From Isurus oxyrinchus (taxonomy: Eukaryota), in NCBI GenBank assembly GCA_026770705.1, contig JANJGN010000052.1, positions 3,906,001 to 3,970,000 of the forward strand: 64,000 nucleotides of DNA, given 5' to 3'. Position numbers and translations under genes: made by a program. Below, piece after piece: positions 51,495-64,000 of the stretch (the stretch's first letter is position 1; every line of letters starts with the position of its first letter). The notes beneath the pieces were generated by a model that had not been told where the DNA came from, made no database searches, and saw only the letters and a list, made by a program, of their open reading frames with translations.

Positions 51495-51591
51495 GTAGAG
51501 ACTCCAGTAAATGGACAGTAGGATTGTTCACGGCTGGGATCATGTTGAGTGTTTTCCTGGCTGGAATCTTCATCTTCATCTGTGTGAGAAA
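51495..51591 (+). CDS. Tail C: neutral TM exon (RDSSKWTVGLFTAGIMLSVFLAGIFIFICVR)
   Basis: ttacag| and GAAA|gtaagt; 97 nt, phase 1-2. Confidence 0.88.
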
Positions 51592-52263
51592 GTAAGTCTG
51601 AAGATTTAACTTGATTTTAATATAAACATTTGCTTCAATGTTCTTTCCTTAAGTCGGTGATTGTTTCCCTTGGGATCAGCACCAGGTCCCTCTCTGTAAG
51701 TGATCCCTGTGTCCACTCTGATCCGGAGAGAACCTTTCATTGTCCTGTATCCAGGTAAACGATCACGAGACTCAGAGATTCCTCACTCTGCACGATTACT
51801 CCTGGATAAATATTTGCTTCAATGTTCTTTCCTTAAGTCGGTGATTGTTTCCCTTGTGTTAAGCGCCAGATGCCTCTCCGTAACTGGTCTCTTTATCCGT
51901 TATGATCCAGAGAGTGTTTTTCATTGCCCGTTATCCAGATGAATAATAATCAGTTGCTGTGATCTGGAAGGTGCTGCCTGAAAGGGCGGTGGAAGCAGAT
52001 TCAATAGGAACTTTCAAAAGGGGAATTGGATAAATACTTGAAGGGGGAAAATTTGAAGGGCTACGGGGGGAAGAGCAGGGATGGAGGGGTCAGACAAAAT
52101 TGAATCACATGACACACTTCCATTATAGTGATATCACGCTGATATCCCTTATTGCAACTGGAGACAGTCCAGTCGTTTGTGTAAGGTTACAGTGGGCTCT
52201 GTGTCTGTGCTGCACTGACTCTCTGCTATATGATAACCACAGTGTGATATTGTGTTATTGCAG

Positions 52264-52345
52264 GAGAAAGACAACGATGGAGGAGAGAGTTTCAGGGACC
52301 AGTGACGTTGCATTGAGCCCCAGTCCACTCTCTGTGAAGCACCAG
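52264..52345 (+). CDS. Tail C: juxtamembrane cytoplasmic exon
   Basis: ttgcag| and CAG|gtacag; 82 nt, phase 2-0; (K)RKTTMEERVSGTSDVALSPSPLSVKHQ. Confidence 0.88.
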
Positions 52346-52559
52346 GTACAGGAGCTGTTTACACTAACTCCAAAGCTTCAATATCAGTGTGTAGACAACA
52401 CGTGTCCCAGATTCCCAACCCAGTTACCCACAGATATCTACCTGTGGAGTCAGCAATGGCTCAGTAGGTAATATTGACTTTCGGTCCCTTCCCCCTCTCT
52501 CCCTCCATCACTCGCTCTTTGTCCAGAGACCTGAACACAATAATCATAAGGCACCTGAT

Positions 52560-53090
52560 GTCACTACTGAGGGAGTGCTGCACTGTCGGAGGGTAGGTAC
52601 TGAGGGAGTGCTGCACTGTCGGAGTGTCAGTACTGAGGCAGTGCTGCACTGTCGGAGGGTCATTACTGAGGGAGTGCTGAACTGTCGGAGGGTAGGTACT
52701 GAGGGAGTGCTGCACTGTCGGAGTGTCAGTACTGAGGCAGTGCTGCACTGTCGGAGGGTCAGTACTGAGGGAGTGCTGCACTGTCGGAGGGTCAGTACTG
52801 AGGGAGTGCTGCACTGTCGGAGGGTAGGTACTGAGGGAGTGCTGCACTTTCGGAGGGTCACTACTGAGGGAGTGCTGCACTGTCGGAGGGTAGGTACTGA
52901 GGGAGTGTTGCACTGTCGGAGTGTCAGTACTGAGGCAGTGCTGCACTGTCGGAGGGTCAGTAGTGAGGGAGTGCTGCACTGTCGGAGGGTCAGTACTGAG
53001 GGAGCGCTGCACTGTTGGAGTGTCAGTACTGAGGGAGTGCTGCACTGTGCGAGGGTCAGTACTGAGGGGGTGCTGCACTGTCGAATAGTC
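52560..53090. repeat. 33-bp minisatellite within a SINE remnant
   Basis: About 16 units. Confidence 0.9.
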
Positions 53091-53452
53091 AATATTCAAG
53101 TGGTGCTGCCTTCTCGAAGAGGCAGTTGTGAGGGAGTGCCGCACTGTCAGAAGCCAGCACTGAGAGTACATTGTAGTGTTCAAGGTGCTGTCTTTCAGAA
53201 CAGTTGTATAATGCTGACCATGTTTACCCTCTCAGGTGGTCGTATAAGATCCCATGGCCACATTTCCAACACTATAGCAGTGACACCCTTCAACAAAAAT
53301 TTCTTCATTTGCGTGAGGTTCTTTGGATGTCTTTGAAAAAAAGGGTTAAACGCTCTGAGCCACGACTGACACTAGCGAGGCTGCACAATAATTTAACCCT
53401 ATCAGTGCCAGTAAATGATGTGAGGATGTCTTCTGTTTCCATTTCTCTGTAG

Positions 53453-53701
53453 GGTAAACAGAACGTGCTGATTACTGAGCCCCGGAACACAACCAGAGAC
53501 ACAACTAGTGAGGGGGAGACCCCAGCTCCCCGGGATCTCTCTGAAGGTCCAGTGGGAGGCGATGTTGGACATGGGAACCCCGACAATCCCGTCGAGCTTC
53601 TCTACGCCAACATCAACTTTTCAAAGCTGCCCAGCGGTGACAGGACTGTGCACAGGAGCGAGGACACGGAATACGCACAGATCAGGTTCCAGAAAAACTG
53701 A
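53453..53701 (+). CDS. Tail C: terminal exon with ITIM (LLYANI) and ITSM/ITIM-like motif (TEYAQI)
   Basis: ctgtag| acceptor, phase 0; motif pair typical of inhibitory CD33-related Siglecs. Confidence 0.92.
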   Translation, partial: GKQNVLITEPRNTTRDTTSEGETPAPRDLSEGPVGGDVGHGNPDNPVELLYANINFSKLPSGDRTVHRSEDTEYAQIRFQKN

Positions 53702-53894
53702 GTGTGAAACAGGGAGCGGGGCTGTGGGGTGTGTGCAGCCAACATGGCCTAATAGTAATGAACAGAAATATGATGTTGCTCAACTTTTTTTTATTGTTTC
53801 TGAGTGAGCTTTCTGAATGCTGCACCTTTTTCCATGCTGTAAAAGATTGTGAGAAGCTTATGAATTATCTATAATTTTACATCTGTTAATACAA

Positions 53895-55965
53895 GGTGAG
53901 GTGAGAGTGACTGCCTTTGACATCAAGTCTGCATTTGACCGAGTGTGGCATCTAGGAGCCCGAGCAAAACTGGAGTCAATGTGAATCAGGGGTGGTACGA
54001 AAGTATAATAATTTGCATACTATTTTCCTGGTTTGTTGTAAACTAGGTTTATGGGTGTGAGTGTAGATGGGTCTGTCTGTGTAGTTTAATTACATCTGGA
54101 GACAGGTACACTGCAAGTTTGAGATTATCAAAAGAAGCTAGATGTAGAAATGTACTTCAAATGCTAATGAGAACACATGGAGGCTGTGTTAGCATGTAAG
54201 GTGTGAAGGGGTTGTTTAGATTTCAAAGGGATGTCGGTCTGTTTAGGACAAGCCCAATAAGCAAAGCTAAGGAGTTTTTTTTTAATTTTACCCAAACTTC
54301 ATTGACAATATTGGCAACATGAAAGTTTATATTATGGGAAAGGTACAGTTCCAAAGAATTTACACATCAAAGAGAGAGAAACATGTATAAAGGAGAATGA
54401 AAGGCTATGTTGGGGGCCATGTAAGATCTAACAGGAGTGTGTGAAACAGGCTTGAAGAAGCCTCTAGGCATTTGTGCATAAGTCTGTTATGTTCAGTAAA
54501 TAAAGTTGGAGAAACCCGTTTAGATTTCCAGTGTCAAGTGTGTGCTGTGTTAACTCGCTGGATTTGTTTTTAATCTAAAATCTTATTTTGGACTGTTGCC
54601 TTAAACGGGCTCTGTAACTGGGAGTCAGGTTAATTAGGAATTTGAGAATTTATTTTAGCTGTAACTAACCGTGGTATCATGTCTGTGCTTGAAATCTTTT
54701 ATTTTGTTAATAAATATCTTAATCCAATTTTTAAAATCTCTAAAGGTTGTGGTCAACTCATTACTCCTGAATTCAGTGCACAATTCTTGTAATAAATACA
54801 AATTGCAAAACTATTGTTATAGAATGACAATTTTCCCTTGTGGATTTGGAGCACCAAGCACACATCATCTGCCATGTCATGTCACAGGGAAAACTCTCCA
54901 CTCGTTGGATTCATACCAAGTACAAAGGAAGGTGGTTGTGGTTGTTGGAGGTCAGTCATCTCAGTTCCAGGATATCACTGCAGGAGTTGCTCAGGGTAGT
55001 GTCCTAGGCCCAACCATCTTCAGCTGCTTCATCAATGACATTCATTCTATCAGATGGTCAGAATTATGGATGGTCGCTGATGATTGCACAACTTTCAACA
55101 TCATTCATGACTCATCAGATGCTGAAGCAGTCCATGTCCAAATGCAGCAAGACCTGGACAATATCCAGGCTTGGGCTGACAAGTGGCAAGTAACATTCAT
55201 GTCACTCAAGTGCCAGGCAATGAACATCTCCAACCAGAGAGATTATATCCATCTCCCCTTAATGTCCAATGGCATTACCATTGCTGAATCCCCCACTATC
55301 AACACGCTGGGAGTTAACATTGACTAGAAACTGAACTGGACTAGACATATAAATACTGTGACTACAAGAGCAGGCCAGAGGCTGGGAATCCTGTGGTGAG
55401 TAACTCACCTCCTGACTCCCTAAAGCCTGTCCACCAACCTTAAGGCACAGGTCAGGAGTGTGATGGAATACTCTCCACCTGCCTAGATGAGTCCAGCTCC
55501 AACAACACTCAAGATGCTCGACACCGTCCAGGACAAAGCAGGCCTGCTTGATTTGCACCCCATCCACAAACATTCTCTCCCTCTACAACTGACGCACAGT
55601 GGCAGCAGTGTGTGTACCATCTACAAGATGCAACGCAGCGATTCACCAAGCCTCCTTAGACAGCACCTTCCAAACACATGACCACTAACATCTAGAAGGA
55701 CAAGGGCAGCAGACACATGGGAACACCACCACCTGGAAGTTCCCCTCCAAGTCACTCACCATCCTGACTTGGAAATATATCACCGTTCCTTCACTGTCGC
55801 TGGGACAGAATCCTGCAACACCCTCCCAAACAGTTCTGTGGGTGTACATACACCACAGGGACTGCAGCAGCTCAAGAAGGCAGCTCACCCCCATATTCTC
55901 AAGGACAATTAGGGATGGGCAATAAATTCTGGCCTAGCCAGTGTCAGTGAATGAACAAAAAAAAG
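53895..55965 (+). mobile_element. 5'-truncated LINE in the tail C 3' UTR, with a nested solo LTR-like insert (~53993-54886)
   Basis: RT motifs DITAGVAQGSVLGPTIFSCFIND..ADD; A-rich tail; a TG..CA insert splits gaatcagggg/gggaaaactc, which is contiguous in the 28.7 kb copy. Confidence 0.85.
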
Positions 55966-57699
55966 AAGCAATTAAAATGTCCTGACATTTCTGTACATTT
56001 TTATCAAATTAAATACGTACTCTAGTGAATAATTTCATTCTCCAAGGCACCACTTCCTGTTGTCACATGCCCTTCTGATTATTTAAATTCCTGTGTCATT
56101 GGTAATGGAACATTCCCATGTAAACATGTCACACTGTAATTACAGCCTCCTGCCAGTGGTGGTGCTCTAGTGTCATAATTTTGCTTCTCAGAGACTGGAG
56201 GAGCTGTATACTTTGTGTTTACAATATGAGTAACACTCAGGGGTGACCAGGGAGATTCTTTTGGCCAAGTTTACGATGTTGCTAAGATACAATGGCCCCG
56301 TGGGATTTTTCCTACTGCGTTTACAAGGTTGAATTGAAGAGATTTTTGAAGTGTCTGGCACAGTTTTATTAAGGTCCCTGCACACCCAATCTGGTGTCAC
56401 TGGGTTCAGTTCTGGGTCCAGCAGCTTAGGAAGGATATATTGTCCTTGGAGGGGGTGCTGTGCAGTGTCACCAGGATGATCCCGGAGCTGAAAGGGTTAA
56501 ATCCCGAGGACAGGTTGCACAGACCAGGCTTGTGTTCCCTCGAGTCTCAAAGATTAAGGGGTGATCTAATCGAGGGGTTTAAGAAGAGTCGTCTCTGTGA
56601 CCTTCTTCAACCCTGTGAGTCAGCAATGACAACATGAGTTGATGTTAGCCTGATATGTAGTGCATGGAGGGATATTACTCTCCAGGGTGTGTGTGCATCA
56701 CAGTGCTCATTCACATGTGTTCCATGTGCACCTACATCAGCTGTGTAGACATACAAGCCTCAATGCTGCATCCGGGGAATGTGCCATGTCTCACACCTTA
56801 GCTGCAGCACGACCCTTCCCTTGGAGCTCTGTGGGCTCGAGACATATTTTGTTATTTTTTCCTGCCGTCTCTGTGTCCCCCGACCCGGGAGTGAAAATCC
56901 GGCCTTAACTTCCACTTTCTAGTGTCTGAGACAAGAGGCAATGAGTGAGTGGGCTGACGGTCAGGATTAATGCTGTTAATCTGTGTTTGAGGGGCTGTGA
57001 ATTCTCGGGGGACTAGTTACTCTCTGAGCAGCAGCTTCCAAATTCTTATTTGATGCCGTGCATATGGGGTTGGAAGATTCTTTTTAAAACCACAGGCAGT
57101 TCACAGAAACCCACAGGAAACCCACAGAGAGACAGTCACTGGAATACACACTCACTCCTTGTGGTTTCACCTTTTAACCACATCCTGTCTGTGTGGCTTA
57201 AATGTTAAACACAGCGGCCATACGCAGGGAGGTTTCACTCTGTGAAGCACTTGCTCTCTCTCTCTCACAAACACACACACAGACACACACACATAGACAC
57301 ATACACAGACACACCCATACACACATACTCACATACAGAGACACACACACTCACTCACACACACACAGACACGCACACACACATACACAAACAGACATAC
57401 ACATGCTCACACACATACACAAACACACATACACACGCTCACACACTTACAGACAGACACACACATACACACATACTCACACACACAGACACACACACAC
57501 ACACACGGACACACACACACAAACACAGACAAGCACACACACTCTCACTCACACACTCACGGACACGCACATGCACACACACAAGCACACATACACATGA
57601 TTACATACTTACAGACAGACACAAACACACTCACATTCTCACACACACACAGACACTCACTTACACACACCCAAACACACACCCAAAGACAATATCCTG

Positions 57700-58558
57700 A
57701 CAGCAAACTGTGATTTAGAGCTTCCTACAACTTCACTAACTGACCAAAGATGTATTGAACTGTCTAAAAGTGACCTGTTTTGCAAAGAAATACAAGATTG
57801 TACACAGATCAAAAATGGCTGACACAAGTCATCTGATTGCTGATACTGTGAAGTTGATCACTTCTCTGGAAAAGTTCAAATGAATTGCAATGCAGACCTG
57901 TTGCATGGAAGGTCACGCCTGGGGTGTGTCAGGGTTCACTGCAAACAGGGACACTCTTAAAAGGAAGGCATTAAAATGCAAAGTGCTGGACTTTGAGCAG
58001 CTGTAGTTCTATCAAAACAGTGGGAACTGCTCACCAAGCGGATAATCATCAGCCATTCAAAACCCCCTGTGGAGGATGCAATATCCCCATCTCTTGTTGA
58101 TTTATATCTTGAAATGCATCAAATGTTTTGGAGATGCAAAGATAAAAAACGTGAATACTTGGCCTTTAACAATGAATGCAAAACATGCTGATTGAATTCC
58201 CTTCAGGAAGATACAGACAGGAGTTTAACAAATGGTTCTGCCAAGCAGATATAAGAGAAAGGAGGAGGAAAAAGAAATATGGCAGTCATCTAAAAACCCT
58301 GCTAGAAAAGAACAGAAATGATTTCTCCCTCTCTCCCTGTCTCTCTCTCTCTCTCTCTCTCCCCCCTTCTTTCTCTCTCTCTGTCTGAAGCTAACAGAGT
58401 GTCTTCAATCATGTGCAAGTCTGAGCCAGATGAAATACAGGATTCTACAGCAAACCAACTAATTTAAAACAGCTTCAAACTTCACAAACTATGCTGCAGT
58501 ATAATAACTCTTTGATTTTTTTTTAATTGGGCTCCATAATTATTTTACCTCTGATATC

Positions 58559-58607
<49 letters not shown>

Positions 58608-61320
58608 CTTCCTGTGTGAGCGTGTGTGTGTGTCTGTGCCTGTCTGTGTGTGGGTGTCAGTGTGGTGTGTGTCTGTGCTTGTCTGTGTTTGTGTGTGTCT
58701 GTGTGTGTGGGCCTGCGTGCGAGTGTGTGTATGTGTGCCTGTGTGTGAGCGTGTGTATGTGTGCCTGTGTGTGAGCGAGTGTATGTGTGCCTGTGTGTGA
58801 GCGTGTGTATGACTTGTTATGGAAATTGCATTTGGGGGAAACTATATTTTAAACCCTTTTTGCAACCAACCATGGGGGTTGAATAGAAAGGGAGCCAGTT
58901 CACTGCCCGTCACCCAGTTGTAACAACATTCACACACACACACACTCTCACACACACACATTCACACACACCCACATCCACTTACCCACACACAAACACA
59001 CACAAACAAAGATAATGTCCCACTGACAGGAAACTGCGACTGAGTGATAGCATGTCAGGAATATATAATAATCTCCATAATGTTATTGGAATTTATTGTA
59101 AAATAGAGTCCATGTGTCTGTGTCCACATGTGTCTGTGATGTGTTTGTGTGAGACTTATTGGAATTAGAGGAAGCTGGTCTGGGTGTTTTGATGGAAGAA
59201 GAGAAGTTTGGTTTGAACTGTTTATTAGGTAAACATGGGGAAGTTTTAGAATGTGAAGTGTAAAGGGGGCAATTTGCATTTTAAGTTAAACCAAACGAGA
59301 TTGTTTTCAAAGAAGGAGAGAAATGTGTCACTGAGCCAGGTGAAGATAAGAAACAGTGTGTTTATTTTTGCCAAAGATTACTGGTAAAACTTAGGGCTAT
59401 GAGAGATTTGTATTATTACAAAAATAAAGTCCAAAGACATAGTGAAACAATGGGAATTTGCATTCAAAGGGGAAAATATGTATCAAGGAGTGAAGGCTGT
59501 GTGTAAGGGTTGGTGATTTTAAGATCTTACAATGATGAAAAGCCTTCAGCCTGCATGTACCAAGCTGCTGCCTCCAGGGACTGAAGTTAAGAGAATTCAC
59601 TTTGAACTCAACTGTTCAGCGTATCGTTTACTGTTCCTGGGACATTTAAAATCTCTGTCTTTTACTGTTGCCTTAACAGAGATAACAGAGCGTCTTCAAC
59701 AAAATGCAAATCTGAATCAAATAACCACCAGGATGCCACAGGTAACCAATTAACTTTGAACAGCTGCAAACTTCAGCAATCTACGCCTCAAAGACAAGCA
59801 AAGGTATTAATCATATATTCTTTCAAATTTTTGTCGGACTCTAACTTTTTAATTCTGACGTGTGTAAATGGAAGTTAAATTAATTAAGGGATTTAGAAGT
59901 TATTATAGTAGTAATTTATAGACAGATGTGTATGCTTAAAAATCATTTTTTCTTGTTAATCAATGTTTAATTTAGTTTTATAAAATCCTCTTACACTGAA
60001 AAAAGGGTGAACTCTATTGTAAAGTGTTCTGGGACATCCAGAGACCATGCTGTACAGAAGAGATTTGACAGGAGCAGCAAGTGTTTTACTTACAGGAGAA
60101 TGAGTCCCCAGGGTTGTAGAGTCAATCCTGTCAGATGAATGTCTAACTGGAGACACTTCAGGGAGTTGATCTAATTCTGGAAATGTTCAGTTTACCAGGA
60201 TCGGAAGAGAGATGATCTTCCTCTCCTGACTGTATCAGACAAGTGGTGAACCTGTTGAGGTGAACAGAATTACCTGTTAAACCTCTTAACCTCATTACTA
60301 CTGAATTCAAAGCCCACATCTCAAAACATACAAGTTGGAAATTAGTTGTGACAGTTGTTTCAAGTTTCCCTCCAGGATTTGAACAGCTCAGCATTTACCA
60401 TCTGTTATGTCATAACAGAGCTTCCTTCAACTTAACCTACAAGCCAAAAATGTATTGAACTGTTTAACAGAGACCTGTTTTTCAAAAGTACAAGATTAGG
60501 CTCTGATCAAAAATGGCTGTCACGAGTCACCTGATTGCTGATACTGCAAACTTGATCACTTCTCTGGAAAGCTTCAAATGAATTGCACTACAGACATGTT
60601 GCATGAAAGTTCTCACTGAGGTGTGTCAGGGTCCACCTGAAACAGGGGCTCCCTTAAAAATGCAAAGCGCTGGACTCTGATCACTGTAGGTCTATCAAGG
60701 TAATGGGAACTGCTCACCATGCAGATATTCATCAACCATTCAAAACCCCTTGTGGAGGATGAAATGTCTCCATCTCCTGTTGATTTATATCTTGAAATGC
60801 ATCAAATGTTTCAGAGATGCAAAGATCAAAAAATGGGATTACTTGGCCTATAACAATGAATGCAAGACATGCTGATCGAATTTCCTTTGGGAATATACAG
60901 ACAGGAGTTTAGCAACAGGTTCTGTCAAGCAGATATAAGAGAAAGTAGGAGGAAAAGGAAAGATGGCAGTCACCCAAAAACACTGCTGGAAAAGAGCAGA
61001 AATTCTCTCTCTCTCTCTCTCTCTCTTTCTGAAGCTAACAGAGCATCTTCAACAAGTCCAAATCTGAATCAAATCACCACAAGGATGCCACAGGAAACCA
61101 ATCAACTTTGCAAACTTCAACAATCTAGACCTCGAAGACAAGCAAAGCTATCAAGCATATATTCATTTAAATTTTTATTGGACTCTAACTTTTTATTTCT
61201 GACATGTGTGTGTGTGTGTGGCTGTCTCTCTGCCTGTCTGTGTGAGCATGAGTGTGTCTGCCTGCGCGAGCGTGTGTCAGTGTGAACATATGTGAGTGTG
61301 TGTGTGTGTCTGAGTGAGTC
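57700..61320 (+). mobile_element. Nested LTR-like repeats (related copies at ~57.7-58.9 kb and ~60.4-61.3 kb; LTR-like element ~59053-60417)
   Basis: Paralogous text and ORFs (58176 vs 60860); TGTCA..TCATAACA and ..TGTAACA ends. Confidence 0.6.
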
Positions 61321-61487
61321 TATNNNNNNNNNNNNNNNNNNNNNNNNNNNNNNNNNNNNNNNNNNNNNNNNNNNNNNNNNNNNNNNNNNNNNNNNNNNNN
61401 NNNNNNNNNNNNNNNNNNNNNNNNNNNNNNNNNNNNNNNNNNNNNNNNNNNNNNNNNNNNNNNNNNNNNNNNNNNNNNNNNNNNNNT

Positions 61488-64000
61488 ATTGTTGCATCTT
61501 AATTATTAACGTTATTTAAAAATAGTGATCACACAAGCCTGGTTTCTAAGGAAATGAAACTGCCAACAATTTACAGTAAAGTGAAATGTACAGGAATAAT
61601 CTATTTATTTTGAGCTGATGATATATAATTATACATGAGGCATGTTGTTAATTTCAAACATCATCTGAAATATGGCAGGTCTGACAGAGCAGCTTTCCCT
61701 CAGCGCTCACCCTCCGACAGTGCAGCACTCCCTCAGCACTGAGCCTCTGACAGTGCAGCACTCCCTCAGTACTGACCCTCTGACAGTGCAGCACTGCCTC
61801 AGTACTGACCCTTTGATCGAGCAGGGTCTCCCTCAGTACTGACCCTTTGATCGAGCAGGGTCTCCCTCAGTACTGACCTCCTGACAGTGCAGCACTCCCT
61901 CAGTACTCACCCTCTGACAGTGCAGCACTCCCTCAATATTGATCTTCCAACAGTGCAGCACTCCCTCAGCACTCCCTCACTGGGGAGAGTCCATCTGGTT
62001 TTGAGCTGTAACCTTGAGATGGTTTGAAAACCCCAACCTGCTGTCTTGGAGAGAGAGAGAGAGAGAGTGAGTGCGTGTGTGAGAAAGAGAGACAATGTGT
62101 GTGTGAGAGAGTGACAGTGCGTATGTGTGCGAGAGAGAAGGATAGAGAGAAAGAGAAAATGTGTGAGAGAGCAAAAGAGAGGTAGAGTGTGTGTGCATGA
62201 GAGAGGGAGGTAGCTTAATTGTGGAGAGAGAGAGTGTGTGTGAGAGAAAGGGAATGTTTGTGTTAGAGAGAGAGCTTACGTGTGAGAGAGAAAGATAGAG
62301 TGAGAATCTGTGTGTGTTAGATAGTGTGTGTGTGAAAGAGAGAGTGTGTATGTGAGAGAGCGTGTGCATGAGAGCGTGTGTGTGTGTGTGTTTGAGAGAG
62401 AGGGTGTATGTGTTTGAGAGAAGGAGTGTGCGAGAGAGGGTGTGCGTGTTTGAGAGGGAGTGTGAGTGTTTAAGAGAANNNNNNNNNNNNNNNNNNNNNN
62501 NNNNNNNNNNNNNNNNNNNNNNNNNNNNNNNNNNNNNNNNNNNNNNNNNNNNNNNNNNNNNNNNNNNNNNNNNNNNNNNNNNNNNNNNNNNNNNNNNNNN
62601 NNNNNNNNNNNACAGTTTCACACGTTGCTAGGGACCACTTTTCCGCCTCTCTGTCAGACTGTGTGTATCTGACAGCAGGTCAGGCAGAAATAGTCCAGAA
62701 TGTGCTGTGGTTTTGTAGCATTGAAACAACGACATGAACTAAATGCGAGCTGCACCAAATAAAGACATGGAGTTACCACACCAAAAAACCACGTGACTTC
62801 CCCAGTTTCACATCTCCCTCAAACACAGAAAAACTGGAGTAACACTGACCCTCCTCCCAGAGCCAGTTCACCTCGTGTCCGATGCAGTCAGGAGAGGAAG
62901 ATCATCTCTCCTCCGATCCTGGTAAACTGAACATTTCCAGAATTAGATCAGCTCCCTGAAGTGTCTCCAGTTAGACATTCATCTGACAGGATTGACTCTA
63001 CAACCCTGGGGACTCATTCTCCTGTAAGTAAAACACTTGCTGCTCCTGTCAAATCTCTTCAGTACAGCATGGTCTCTGGATGTCCCAGAACACTTTACAT
63101 TTGAGTTCACCCTTTTTTCGAAGTGTGGTTACTGTTGTAATGTAGGAAACGCAGCAGCCAATTAGCGCACAGCAAGCTCCCACAAACAGCAATGTGATCA
63201 TCTGTTTTTGGTGATGTTGGTTGAGGGATAAATATTGGTGCCAGGACACCGGGGAGATCTCCCCCCTGCTCTTCCTCCAAATAGTGGCTGTGGGATCTTT
63301 CACACCCGCCCGAGAGGGCAGACGGGGGACTCGGTTTAGTGTCTAATATTGGACTAATCTCCAGGCGAGGTTGGCTGGATGGTTTATTGACAAGGTCCAT
63401 TCACCCTGTAAAGAGTTTCTCTGGTTTGAAATACCCAATCAAACATCGAGTTCTGTGTCTAAACCTTGTGTTGAAAAGACACCTTTCCAGCTCTTCACCT
63501 GCCATTAGCTTGTTGAGTCTTCACACGCTCCGTCTGTCCGTGACCAACCCCTCTTAGCTCATCCTTTCCTTGTCGTACATCGAGCTGTTCATCCTGACGG
63601 GTTCCATCCTTCCCAGTAACACTCCATCTCTGACATCAAACTCACTCCCAACACGTTGATGAATTGTATGGATTCCAGCGTCAGTTGGTTCTGTCTGAGG
63701 CTGTTTCTCTGATCGGGGACCGAGCTGTTCTGAATGGACATTGTGTTCAGCAGTTCTTATTGCAGATCAGGCTGTTCAACCAATGCTGCTGTTCACTGAG
63801 GTGACTCCGATTCTACATTCACACATTAATGATCTCATGTCCAGCAGCAAACATCTGAATGAAGCCAGGTTCAAGAAAAATCCCAGCTGCTTGATCCGAC
63901 AGTTATCTGTTCAGGCATGGCCCCTTGTTCCAAATAACAAACATTATTTAAAAATAGTCATCACATGAGCCTGGTTAACAAGGAAATGAAACCATGAACA
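61488..64000 (-). repeat. Inverted segmental duplication arm (copy of 44903-46748 plus extra internal sequence); continues past the window
   Basis: Reverse-complement identity. Confidence 0.92.

Noticed and set aside
57202-57700. His/Thr- and Cys/Val-rich ORFs (also at 0.2-0.6, 43, 45-49, 58 and 62 kb)
   Set aside because: Translations of CA/TG microsatellites.

Overview
Vertebrate genomic DNA, very probably shark/elasmobranch (inferred from the SacSINE1/DeuSINE-like SINEs, CR1/HER1-type tails and L2-derived minisatellites). It holds a heavily rearranged cluster of Siglec-like Ig receptor genes among LINE, SINE, LTR and satellite sequence, with 5 N-gaps. Modules read by hand from splice sites: (1) Head A, minus strand: leader 5723-5762, V-set, C2, Ig3; it runs off the left end. 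(2) Head B, plus strand, an inverted duplicate of A: leader 15214-15253, TWO V-set exons, C2, a dead Ig3, then an activating-type terminal exon with Arg in the transmembrane (TM) helix (24222-24361). (3) Tail C, plus strand, with no head of its own: 4 near-identical Ig3 exons, neutral TM, cytoplasmic exon, ITIM+ITSM exon (47502-53701). (4) Two orphan minus-strand tail exons that lost the ITIM but keep the ITSM. (5) A divergent MAG/Siglec-like pseudogene D fused to a Gypsy gag. The main hypothesis is a modular paired-receptor system. Head B is in frame with both the proximal activating end and the distal inhibitory end. Inverted homology at ~1-880 and ~46.75-50.7 kb brackets both heads, so an inversion would swap which head feeds which tail. 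Exon coordinates were counted by hand; repeat boundaries are approximate.
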